64,000 nt of DNA from Azolla caroliniana. Lineage: Eukaryota > Plantae > Polypodiophyta. Every line of letters starts with the position of its first letter. The stretch's first letter is position 1. A model generated the notes under the pieces. The model had not been told where the DNA came from, did not search any database, and was given only the letters and a program-made list of their open reading frames with translations. The position numbers were made by a program, and so were the translations under genes. The DNA lies in assembly GCA_043228905.1 (NCBI GenBank), contig JBHGNT010000016.1, forward strand, positions 12,896,001-12,960,000, given 5' to 3'. Below, one piece after another: positions 1 to 11,904 of this stretch.

Positions 1-560
1 GTTGGCAGTCTCAAATTTGTCTTTAACCTTCAGGCCCCTCACCATCACGGACCAAGTCTAGGTCTTGGCCTTCTTATTCTGGTTGGCTCTATCGTTCTTG
101 ACTCTGTCGTAGTCGCCGTGTGTTCCGAGTTAATCATATGTGTTGACTTCTTCAGTCAACTCGACTTCCTTTTCCTTCTTGTCTCCCCCTGTTTTGGTTG
201 TTTCCTTCACTCTGGCTGCTTGTCCAGTGCCTTTGCCTGTTTTCCCAGTTTCCATTCCGGTTTCCTCCTTTCTCCCCCTCAAGTGCGACATGTTGAGATA
301 CTAAATCCAAGAATCTTCGAAAATATTGCAATTTGTCCATGCTGGAAGGTTTGGTGAAGATGTCGGTAGTCTACCGATCGGTTAGAACATACACAAGATC
401 AGCTTCAACCACTGAGGACCCGATCTCGCACAATGTCGTAATGCACTTCTATTTGTTTCGTCCAAGCGCATGTGGAGATGCTGAAGAACAAGAAACTCTG
501 AAAAATGCTACAACTTGTACAGGCCGAGAGGTTTGGTGAAGATGTCGGTAGTTACCGATC
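1..560 (-). pseudogene. Ty1/copia 3' fragment (RNase H C-terminus plus charged extension)
   Basis: Minus strand reads TDIFTKP-like RNase H end motifs (twice, locally duplicated) and the PPT-like TTGAGGGGGAG at ~272-282. Near copy of 17740-18350 and homologous to 55180-55520. Confidence 0.75.
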
Positions 561-1540
561 TACATACCATTTAGATTGAAAAAGATATGATGAATGGAAG
601 CAAGAAATGAAGAATTATTTTTGCTTTGCTTAATATATGTGCATGACTTCCTATAGGCTTAACTTATTACTTGAATATATCGACAAAATTACAAACAGCC
701 AATCGTGCAAAGAACAATAGCTATGATTCTAGTCATTCTAAATAACACTTCTCTTGTCCAAACGAACACTAAAACTAGTTTTCTTAAGACCACCACCGTC
801 TTTGAGTGATAACATCTCTCTTTCGCTCTCTCTCTCTCTCTCTCTCTGTCAGCAAGAAATGAAGAATTGTTTTTGATATGCTTAATATATGTGCAAGACT
901 TGCAGTTAGCTAAACTTAATAGTTGACTACAACGAGATCATTACAATCAAGCAACCGTGCAAAGAACAATAGCTATGATTCTAGTCAGTCTAAATAGAAC
1001 TTCTCTTGTCAAAATTTAGACTATAACCGGACACCTCTAATGTATTATAGTACCATGAAAACCAAGGACACCATGTAAACATATCGACAATGTCTATTTA
1101 TCTATCTTAATTAATCGTGGTACAATAACGATTGAAGAATAGAGTGTTCTTAGATTAGTTTCCACATATTATTTATTCGTAAAAGAATAGTTCACAACAT
1201 GCAAATAAACCATGTCACAACTACATGGGCATCATGAGTTTCAATGTATCCCATGTGGTTGTGGCATTTAGGTGAAACATGTCTCTCGAAAGAAATAGCA
1301 CTGATTGACACAAGAAATCAATACGGCGATTTTCTTGGCTTAAGGTACATGCATCTGTTCCACTTAGTTTCACTCAATATATTCCAATTCTATAGTGATA
1401 TATACCAATTCTTCTGCTCATTCTATATACCAGTTTTTGTTGTCCAAACCTGGACTCGAACAAAAGACTGTGTAAAGAACAACAGTGCAACAAACAATAG
1501 TTATGATTCTAGTCAGTCTAAATAGCACGTGTCTTGTGCA
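561..1540 (-). repeat. tRNA-Val-derived tandem array block, with (CT)n at ~826-847
   Basis: Same spacers and degenerate tRNA units (e.g. ~1007-1080) as the other array blocks. Confidence 0.75.
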
Positions 1541-3345
1541 AATGTTATTCTCTCTCTATCTCTCCCGCGCATATTCTTTGTGTATTGAGCTTCTCCATTA
1601 AACCTTCTCTCATTTTCTGTTGCCATCCGGCTGAGCCGGTTTGTCAAACGCTTCCGCACGTTTACTTTGACATGGTATCAAAGTGCGAGGGTTAAGAACC
1701 TTTGCATTCGACAAACGCTTTTGAAGCCAAACCCTGATACCCAGTAAGGACAAACATAGAAAGATATGCACAGAGGTATGATGAGTTCACATTCCAAAGA
1801 GAAGCCCGACCGGAGCAACTATGCGTCTTGGTCATATAAAATACACCTGTACCTGTTGGGGCATGGATATTGGAGCTATGTGGAAGGAACCAACGAGGTA
1901 GCATAGGAGCCAGCACACAAAGACTTCCCGTCATGGGAGCAAGGAGCGAGTCGAGTATTGTATTATCTCGCGTTCGGTGTGCACGATCAGATGCTCAGCT
2001 ACATAAAGGATACAATGACACCGAAGGAGGCTTGGGAAAATCTACGGAAGATTTTCGCCGCCAGTACCATAGCCTGTAAGTTGCAGGTCAAGCGAGAGAT
2101 GAACAACATTGGCAAAGAGACATGTCGGTTACGTATTACACCACCAAGATAAAGGAAATTTGTGATGCACTCGGGTCCATCAACCTGACGGAGGACGAAT
2201 ATGAGATGGTACAAATCTGCCTCAGTGGTCTAGCGCAAAGGTACAGGCCAATCTAGACAACTATTTGCACCCGGGATCGACACTTTCTTCGACTTGTAAT
2301 TGATGCACATGGTTGAAGAGAACCACGAGACTAGGTCGAGGACCACTCAATCTGACAATCAGATGGTGTACACAGAGGCGGATCGACCCCGTGCGCATGG
2401 AGGATGAGGTGGGTCAGCACGCAGTGGAGGCGACCAACAAGAGCAGAACCGAAGGTACGGAGACGATGACGACAGCAGTTCTGAACCCTCCACAAGTTGG
2501 TACTGTGGCAAGAAAGGCCACAGGGAAAGCGACTGTTGGAAGAAGCGTGCCGATTTGGACAAATCCGAATACGACAAGACCGATCGGGAAAACCAACAAA
2601 GCTCGCACTACACGGAAGGATCGGAAGGATCCAGAACGGGGAAGTCCAGTAAAGGGCCAACCTTTGTGATGAAGCACAAGGCTAACTCGATGCAGAAGAC
2701 TACTTCCAAATCGAAGGAAGTATGGTATGTTGATTCAGGAGCGTCCAACCACATGACGAGCCATGAAGAGTGGTTCTCTTTTTTGGAGAAATCAGAACAA
2801 CTAGGGATTATCGAAACCGGAGATGACACCCCTCACTCGATTTGCATGCTTCATTGAGGAAGAAGGCCGGATAATCACGCAAGGCTAAGGAGACGGGAGG
2901 ATGTTCATCCTCAACACTAATGACGGCGGGACCGCTATGTTTGCGAAAGGGCAGAAGGTCGAGTCAGACATTGATCTACGGCTCAAGCGGATCAACCACG
3001 TCCACTACCAGAGGCTTCAAGATCTGCAATCGAAACAAGTTGTTTTTGGTTTGCCGAAATTTAGCGGTCGGAAGGCCGAAATTTGTAAAGCCAGCCAACT
3101 CAGGAAGAAACACTAGCTTCCATTCCCCACCGAACGAAACCGGAGCCATAGCAGGCTCAACTTAATCCATTCGGATGTATGGAAACCGTCACAAAATGTT
3201 AGTCTTCGCAGGAGTTGGTATTTTGTCTCCTTCATCGACGACTAAAACCGGCACACGTGGATCTACCTCATCGAGAAGAAAAGCGAAGAAAACCAGAACC
3301 TTCAAAGTTTAGTCGAAAGGGAAACGTAGAGGAAGATCAAGTGCA
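1541..3345 (+). mobile_element. Degenerate Ty1/copia 5' part (LTR end, PBS, gag, protease, GAG-pre-integrase, integrase start)
   Basis: ...TTTGACA followed by PBS TGGTATCAAAG at 1673. CWYCGKKGH-type zinc knuckle, WYVDSGASNHMT protease motif and LIHSDVW integrase motif, broken by stops and frameshifts. Confidence 0.85.
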
Positions 3346-5656
3346 ATAATGATTAAGGTGCAATAATGATTAAAGAATAGAGTGTTCTTAAATGAATTTC
3401 AAGATATTATTTATTTGTAAATGAATAGTTGAAAACATGCAAATAAACCATGCACTCAAACTGAACACCTCTAGTGTGGAAGTCTAGCATGATAATCAAC
3501 TAAATTGTCTAGATGCAATTAGGAATATCGCTAAATTTCATGCATTCTGATGAATTTGCTAATTTCACTAAAACGATGTCACAACTCCATGGGCATCATG
3601 ACTTTCAATGTATCTAATGTGGTTGTGGCATTTAGGTGAAACAAGTCTCTAGAACGAAATAGCACTAATTGACACAAGAAATCAACACGGCGATTTTCTT
3701 GGTTTAAGGAATGTGCATGAGCTCAACTAAATATATTCTAGTTCTATAGTGACAGAAACCCAATTTCTACTCATTCTATCTAACATTTTTTGTTGTCCAA
3801 ACCCGGACTCGAAGAGAAGACCTCTATTGTGGAAGACTAGCGTGATAAACACCTACATTATCTGAACCTAATTGTGAAGATAAAATTCATGGCTTTAGAT
3901 GAATTGGATACGTTCACTGAAGCGATGTCAAAATACATGGGTATTACGAGTTTCACTGCATTCCATATGGTAGTAGCATTTAGCTCAAACAATTATATAG
4001 AAAGAAACATATAGCCCTAATTTCCACAGCCAATGACATGTCGATTTTTATGGCTTAAGGTACATGCATGAGATCCACTTAGTTTCACTAAATATATTCA
4101 TATATACCAATTCCTTTACTTGTTCTATGTAACATTTTTTGTTCTCCAAAACCGGACTCGAAATGAAGATATGAATTTGTTAATTAGACCAAGCAATTGG
4201 CATGTCAATAAATAAAAGACTAATCTCAATAGAAATTCCATATGTCAATTAGAAAAGAAAAAGTTAAAATATTATTGTAACTGTAATTGACAAGATTATG
4301 TGTGGAAACCCAATGTCGAACAGCATACCTTTGGTGTGTGAGACTAGTGTGATAACCAAACACACCATCTAGATCCATTCATCATTATTAATTTAATAGT
4401 TTCACATCAATTTATTAATTCGACCAGGCGATCAGCATGTCATACTGACATTGACACATAACGACTTTGTAAGTTTTCCAAGTGGTACTAAGATTTATCT
4501 TATAGAAGTCTTTCTGACTACATAAAATTTAGATTGAAAAAGATAGCACGAATGGAAGTAAGAAATAAAGAAAAATATATGTCCAGGACTTGGAGTTAGT
4601 TTAACTTAATACTTCACTATATCGACATCATTACAATCACACAACTGTGCCAAGAAAACTAGCTATAATTCTAATCAACGACACCATCTAAACATATCCA
4701 CGATATCTATTTCTCTATCTTAATTAATCTTGGTGCAATAACGATTAAACCCAAACTTGAACCAAAGACCTCTAGTGTGTTAGACTAGCGTCATAACCAA
4801 CTCCACAATTTGGACGCAATTGTAAAAACCAACGTGATGGATTCAAAAAAATATGTTACTTTGATGGATTCAATGTCACAAGTACATGGCCATCAAGAGC
4901 TAAAACATGTTAGAAACATATAGCACTATTTCACGTACAAATGTAGACGTTGATTTTTTTGGCTATATTGTATTTTTACAGATACCAAGTATTCTATTTA
5001 TTCCATGTAACGGCTTTTCTTGTCTAAACACAGACTTGAACCAGAGACCTCTAGTCTGTTAGACTAGTGTGATAACCAACTACACCATCTGGAGAAATTC
5101 AAAATAACTAACATGCATTGATAAATAAAAGACTAATCTCAATAGAAATTCCATATGTCAATTAGAAAAAAATAAGTACAAATATTATTGTGACTATCAT
5201 CTACAAGATTATGTGTGGAAACCTGATTTCGAACAGCATACCTCTGGTGTGTGAGACTAGTGTGATAACCAACCACACCATCAAACTATTAATTTAATAG
5301 TTTCACATGAATTTATTAATTCGACCAAATGATCGGCATGTCATACTAACATTGACATAACGACATTGTAAGTTTGGCAGGTGGTAGTAATATTTATCTT
5401 ATAGAAGTCTTTTTTACCACATACCATTTAGATTAAAAAAGATAGCACGAATGGAAGTAAGAAATAAAGAATTCTTTTTGCTTTGCTTAATATATGTCCA
5501 AGACTTTTAGTTAGTTTAACTTAATACTTCACTATATCGACATCATTACAATCACACAACAGTGCGAAGAACAATAGCTATGATTCTAATCAACGACACA
5601 ATCTAAACATATCCACGATATCTATTTGTTTATCTTAATTAATCTTGGTGCAATAA

Positions 5657-5730
5657 CGATTAAACCAAGACTTGAACCGAACACCTCTAGTGTGTCAGAC
5701 TAGCGTCATAACCAACTACACTATCTGGAC
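5657..5730 (-). pseudogene. tRNA-Val-like pseudogene, anticodon GAC
   Basis: Anticodon arm CTAGT-CT-GAC-AC-ACTAG intact; 3' acceptor strand and T-stem degraded. Confidence 0.7.
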
Positions 5731-5947
5731 CCAATTTTAAAAACCAATGTGATGGATTCAAAGAAATTTGTTACTTTGACGGATTCGATGTCACCAGTAC
5801 ATGGCTAGCACGAGTTTCAATGTAGCCGTTGTGATACTAGAAACATATAGCACTATTTGACGTATAAATGTAGACGTTGATTTTCTTGGCTATATTGTAT
5901 TTTTACAGACACCAATTATTCCATTTATTCCATGTAGTACCTTTCCT

Positions 5948-6021
5948 TGTCCAAACCCGAACTTGAACCGGAGACCTCTAGTGTGTTAGACTAGCGTGAT
6001 AACCAGCTACACCATCTAGAC
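5948..6021 (-). tRNA. tRNA-Val(AAC), best-preserved array copy (gene or recent pseudogene)
   Basis: Reverse complement GTCTAGATGGTGTAGCTGGTTATCACGCTAGTCTAACACACTAGAGGTCTCCGGTTCAAGTTCGGGTTTGGACA: 74 nt, 7-bp acceptor stem, A-box, perfect anticodon stem, GGTTCAA T-loop. One G:U replaces the conserved G-C pair closing the T-loop. Confidence 0.7.
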
Positions 6022-6533
6022 ACATTGAGAATAACTAACTTGGATCGATAAATAAACTAATCTAAATAGAAATTACATATGTCAATTAGAAAAAGAAAAG
6101 TTAAAATATTATTGTTACTGTAATCGACAAGATTATGTGTGGAAACCCAATGTCGAACCGCATACCTCTAGTGTGTGAAACTAGTGTGATAACCAACCAC
6201 ACCATCTAGACCCATTCATCATTTTAATTTAATAGTTTTACATGAATTTATTAATTAGACCAAGCGATCGGCATGTCATACTGACATTAACATAACGACT
6301 TTGTAAGTTTGCCAAGTGGTAATAAGATTTATCTTATAGAAGTCATTCTGACTACATACCATTTAGATTGAAAAAGATAGCACGAATGGAAGTAATAAAT
6401 AAAGAATTATTTTTGCTTTGCTTAATATATGTTCAAGACTTGCAGTTAGTTTAACTTAATACTTCACTATATCGACATCATTTGAATCACACAACCGTGC
6501 AAAGAAAAATAGTTATGATTCTAATCAACGACA

Positions 6534-6569
6534 AACACGTTCGCGTTCACAAGTGGAAGGATTGCGCAT
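6534..6569 (+). repeat. Left terminal inverted repeat
   Basis: AACACGTTCGCGTTCACAAGTGGAAGGATTGCGCAT. Confidence 0.95.
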
Positions 6570-7581
6570 TCCACTTGTAGAATCTTCTTAAAACGAAGAA
6601 AATACACCCTCTCTACAATAATTGGATGCACTAGTATCACATGTTCCTCAACTTGATAAGAATTTGCAAATATAAAAATACATGATAGATCTACGAGTGG
6701 AGATCATTAGAAATCATGCAAGTTTAGACATGTTGATAAGTTAATGTAGGCATAATAAAGTTCAACTATGGCTCAATATGGCACTATTGTGCGACAAGGG
6801 AAACACTAACTTAAAGACTTATATTAATTAGGTAGGTTTTACAAAAATATGAGGTATACTTGTATCCATACTAATAAAATGAGATATAATTTATACTTTG
6901 ACCCATACGTGCATGTATGTAACTGTGGAAAATGTAGGATAGTGCACATTAGGATAAGTGATTGGAATAACTAACTTATTAAAGTATTCAATACTTATAT
7001 TAAAAGTTGATCTAATCTATTCCTCAGTTTGTTCATATGGGATCAAACCATATGTGTATATAATTGTGCACAATGTAAGGCAATGAACTTTAGGATAATG
7101 TCGTGGAAATAAAAAACCTATTAGGCTTTCATACCTGTATTTAAAATTGATCTACTCTATTGCTTAGGTGATTCACACAAGATCAAACTCCGAACGATAA
7201 CGCAACTGGAACCATTATCAACACAGTACACAATCTAAGCAGCAATGGAATAGAAACATAATAGTTTTAACAATATAAGACAAAGATCCATAATAACAAC
7301 ATGGACAATCATGGCAACAATTATAGGGCCATGTTCTGTTAAGGTTAGCTTGGACCAAAATCAGCCTCCATTTAAGCTAGTTCATGTTTCTCCATAAGTT
7401 TGGTAGTCAGCTATGCACGCGGTGAAACCAATATCATAAATCTACTAATCAAGTATATAAAAATAAAATTGAAACATATAGATGATTATAAAGAATAGAA
7501 TCCACTAGGTAAAACCCAAAATTTGTATTAATAATGTGAAATCTTAACAAATCGTCAGTGTCATATTCTTTATAGAGTCTA

Positions 7582-10500
7582 TTACATAGCAATCAATTCA
7601 TCAACGTCATTTTCTTCATCATCTTGTGTAGAACTGTCTTCGGCTATACGTGCATTGGTTTCCCCTGTTAGCCAAGCCAACGAAATATCTTCTATAAGCT
7701 CATCATCAAGCTCTATTAGCTCCCCCGGTTCGTCGGCTAACGGAGGAATAGGCTCTCGCGAAGCAGGTTGAAACCTTTCTGTATTGGCGAGGTTCTTTGC
7801 ACCGACCTCCTCATCCTGGTCTGGGCACTCCCACAAAGCCTTAATCCGCATATTAATAAATATAACTTGGTCCTCGTCCTTCTCCAATGCAACTGTATTT
7901 CTAAACAGCTTCAATGCACATGCTGACGTAGTTCCTATGATGTAAGTAACAAGAAGATTTAGTTGTCAAACGAAAAAAAAGTGATTGGTTATCTCAAGAT
8001 CGTTACCCTAGTTCGAGGAATACCTGTGCCAGAAAAGAGATCTAATATCCAGTCTCCTTCGACAGAAAACATCTCGATCAAGCGCATCATAAGTCGTTGA
8101 GGTTTTTGGTATGGGTTGACAAGTCCCCGTTCTGTCGTGGTGACATGTCGCAATTTCCGAGTCACTGCTGGATATACCAACAGATTTGAACCTCCCACTT
8201 CATTAGAATGCTCTTTGATTCTCTGTTTTTTAATTTCATCGAAGTAGCCAACCGTTATGTATTCAATGGCATTAACGAACCGAAAAGTTGGCCCTCTATT
8301 TACATTGGTCTTGATCCTATAAAAAATAATTCATCGAGTTAAGAATAGATTCAACAACCTTAAGAATTGCAATATAATGAAAGACACCGATAAATAATCC
8401 TTACCATGCAAGGTTCTCGATGCCATGGCAACGAGATCTCAAAGCTTGAGCTACCGAGTACCCTTGGTCCATACTATGAAAGACAACTATTCGCCACAAG
8501 GATGCGGTCGTTAGCTCAGCGAAATCCTTGACCATCTTCTCCAATTGTTTAAACCTAAACGGTTCATCGTCGTATGATGACCCAGCCATTCGAAATCCGT
8601 AAGGAATATCCGCAATCATTAGCGTATATTCCTTCTTTGGCACCTTCTGGATCAAGTCGATGACATCACCGCAAACCACATTGTAGTAAAGATCTCTCGT
8701 AATATCTTTTTTGTGGCTAAACTTTTTAAACGAGCCATCTTCCTCCATTTCGTACGCCTTGACTAAGCGATGATCCTTTTCTTTTCTGGCTCGCTCGAGA
8801 TGTGCAAGGAAGGATGTAGGGAAATCGTGTATATCCTTAACTTCTCCTTGTTTCTTGCCTCGACACGGTTTCTAATAGAAGCAATAGGACATCAGGTATT
8901 ATTATACAAGCTCTACATATGATGAAAGGGTAATGAAAAAACATGAATACTAACCCAATCCTTGAATGCAATAAAATACTCTGATAACGCCTTATACGAA
9001 GACGTTAGAGGATAATCCTCGGTCACTTGTTCCCAAGTTATACATCCAAGTTGTTTCATCATAACTTCTTGGATCTTCATGTACACCTTATGACTGTAAA
9101 ATTAGAAATCAAGATTAGAACTTTGAATTACACCAGATAGACTACAATTTCAATATTTGAAAGACTTACTTATTGAACTCAGTGACCATTTCTTCAAGGC
9201 TTAAATCTTTCGCCACAACCCTTGACAAAACCGACACAAGAAGCTGCTCGTCCTTAATACCTTGCATCGCTCTCCATAGAGACAGCTTCATGTCGTCTGC
9301 CGCTTCTTCAATTGTCAAGTCAATTTTCTTGGCGGCTTGTGACTTTAATTCTAGTTGAGGGTCAACCCTACATTTCTTTTGTCGTTGACCCTTTACCTCC
9401 TTATTCTCCCACATTGAGAATATTTGATCTTGGAGGTCCCATACTTCTCCATCTCTAAACGCCAATTGAAACCAAGACTCATACTTTCGAAGACCATCGG
9501 ACCTAACATTATCATCTACCACAATGCTGACTTCATGCAGACATTGACGTCGAAGGCCTGGATGTAACTTCACACCAAACTTTTGTTTCACATCTAAATA
9601 CTCGTGGTGGAAGAACCGTATACGCTCAATAGACGACATTTTCTACCTATAGTCATTATCATTATTATGGTCCCATGCCAACAGCTTAGCCTCTTCGGTT
9701 GTGAGCCCAACATAAATTTTGCACTCGGCATACTTGAAGAAGAAAGTGGTTGGATGTTCTCTCACAAGTTGCCGACGTGCCTCTGCTGAATGCGATCCAC
9801 CAATGACAAAATAATTATATTGATCATGCTTTCTGATATCAAAATCTTCAATGGTTTCACATTCTTCAGGATCCACCATAACAATAAAAGGCACCACAGT
9901 GGCATGAGGATTAATTTTCATTTTTTTCTTGAGATTTTGAACATGCATGCGATGAGGCTCTCTAATCTCAAGTGGTCTTCGACCTGTTTTTTCATCAATA
10001 GGGGGCCGATGGATGTGTGTTATAGGCAAATTAAATACTTGCCCTTTCCTGACCAGCTTCCGTTGCATTAACTCTCTCCTTATTTTATTCTGCTCGGATG
10101 ACAAGACACCCGAGGCCAGCTCGGCTCCTGGCGTCCCCTTATTATCCTCTTCTTCATTTTCACTTGTTGAATCCGTATCCGACATTTTCGTTGTCTTCTT
10201 CTTGGCTGGTCTTGACTGGACTTTGGATACCTTTTTTGTGGCCTTCAAGGGGGAGGGCTCTTCATCTCTCAAAGTTACATGGCCTTGTATATAAGGCCTC
10301 AAGGTAACAATCAGGTTTTGTGAGTTATCAAGTGCTTTTTTGAACACTTCAGGCCCACAAGATTCCTTTACTAAAAGGTCTTCTGAAAGGAACACTTTAC
10401 GTACCCCCTTGGAGCACTCTATCATTACCAGTATGTTGGCCGAATCTGCATCTTCGTAGTCAAATCGTAGAATACGGCCATACATAAATGGGGTTTCTTT

Positions 10501-11753
10501 TCCAAGCTGGCCCTCACCCTTCTTCTTTGTTGTATACAATACGACTTTTTTCTTTGAGTCGACATATTGCATACACCATTCCTTGTCCGTTAGATCTCGG
10601 TCAGGAAAGGTCTTCGCCTCCAGTAGCGGCGACAAGTTTCTTTTGGCTAACATCACTATGTGGCTGAGATTTTGTCTCTTCGTTAAAGAGAAGCTTTTTT
10701 CCTCTCTTCATGGTCTCAGGAGTTACCTTGGTCTGGGCTTCGATTGGAGAACCTTGTATGCGAAGCTTAATTTTCTTCACGGGTCGGTCCGACAGGTTCT
10801 CAAACGACCTATTTAAGAAAGTATATGCAAAAACATAAGTTAGACAGTCACGTAGATTGAAGTTGTATATTATAATGAAGAACAGTTTCCAGGAGCAGTA
10901 ACATATTCAAAAATCTATTATAGGCAGGGCTATTCACCCTAGAAAATATATATCGTAATAAGTAAAACGGGTTATATATTCTTTTAAATAGTAGGTATGA
11001 CTTATATAGATTCTAAACCTATATTGAGGATAATTTGCCATAGTGAAGGCAATTTGTAGATCATTTTCTACTATTTTAAGCTAAAGTAGGTCATAAAACA
11101 CCTATAATTAGAGCATGTATTTCTTTAAAAGTAAGTAAAGTCAACATTAAAAAAACTGATTTTGCCAGACAATTTGATATCATTTCCACCCCATAAACGA
11201 TTTTTCTCTCTCAAAGCCTTCTTATATACACGAACTCGATACGCCGTAACGAGTTCGTGTTTAAAGTGTAGGTTTTAAACACGAACTCGATACGGCGTAT
11301 CGAGTTCGTGTTTAAAACCTACACTTTAAACACGAACTCGTTACGGCGTATCGAGTTCGTGTTTAAAGTTTGAATTTTAAACACGAACTCGATACGGCGT
11401 ATCGAGTTCGTGTTTAAAACCTACACTTTAAACATGAACTCGATACGGCGTATCGAGTTCATGTATACAATACCTACACTTTAAACACGAACTCGATATG
11501 GCGTATCAAGTTCGTGTTTAAGACCTACACTTTAACCATGAACTTGATACGGCGTATCGAGTTCCGGTTTAAAGTGTAGGTCTTAAACACGAACTCGATA
11601 CGCCATATCGAGTTCGTGTTTAAAGTGTAGGTATTGTATACATGAACTCGATACACCGTATCGAGTTCTTGAGAAACGAAACATATTTACATAAATGTCC
11701 ACAGTGTCAGAGGCCTACCTGGAGTCCTCGCGCTCGATTCTCTTTGAAGACAT
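7582..11753 (-). pseudogene. Spliced ParB/Srx-like domain + beta-class DNA N6A/N4C methyltransferase fusion (~974 aa when repaired); this copy has an apparent +1 frameshift (~10610) and an in-frame TAG (9645-9643)
   Basis: Exons 11753-11719, 10808-9170, 9093-8955, 8871-8405, 8316-8024 and 7934-7582; all five introns are GT..AG and phase-compatible. Spliced MTase motifs: VVCGDVIDLI, MIADIPYG (motif IV), LAWIKTN..FVNAIEYI, NPYQKPQRLMMRLIEMFS, GDWILDLFSGTGTTSACALKLFRNTVALEKD (motif I). ParB-like: PFIVMVD..YFVIGGSHSAEARRQL..DHNNDNDYR*KMSSIERIRF. Exon 1 is the least certain. Confidence 0.85.
11228..11668. repeat. Array of nine 33-bp palindromes (~51-bp period) nested in larger palindromes, inside intron 1 of the MTase gene
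   Basis: Unit ACACGAACTCGATACG-S-CGTATCGAGTTCGTGT starting at ~11228, 11279, 11330, 11381, 11432, 11485, 11536, 11587 and 11640; linker TTAAAACCTACACTTTAA occurs in both orientations. Confidence 0.95.
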
Positions 11754-11896
11754 GGTTGATCGTGTTGAAGTGGAGGCGGAGATCGCGCTTTCGTGCTTTG
11801 TGCTCTGAGTGCTTTGTGTGCTCAGTGTGCTCTGTGCGTTCTGTGTGCTCTGTACGCTCTGTACGCTCTGGTGAGTGAAATATGATGAGGTCTTCC

Positions 11897-11904
11897 TATT
11901 TATA
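11897..11904 (-). promoter_or_regulatory. Putative TATA box of the ParB-MTase gene
   Basis: CCTATAAATAGG on the minus strand, ~25 bp above a pyrimidine-rich TTTCACTCAC and ~145 bp above the ATG at 11753. Confidence 0.55.

Larger units (their letters stand above)
3346..6533 (-). repeat. tRNA-Val-derived tandem array block
   Basis: About 9 units (~3441, 3794, 4301, 4742, 5021, 5214, 5657, 5948, 6138) matching the reverse complement of GTCCAGATGGTGTAGTTGGTTATCACGCTAGTCT-NNN-ACACTAGAGGTCTCCGGTTCAAGTCCGGGTTTGGACA. Confidence 0.85.

Noticed and set aside
7582-10656. Five separate small genes, or bacterial contamination
   Set aside because: The ORFs join through canonical GT-AG introns into one reading frame, and the element is inserted with a TSD into the eukaryotic repeat array.
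11228-11668. CRISPR array
   Set aside because: Linkers are near-identical ~18-bp sequences in both orientations rather than unique spacers; no cas genes; eukaryotic intron context.
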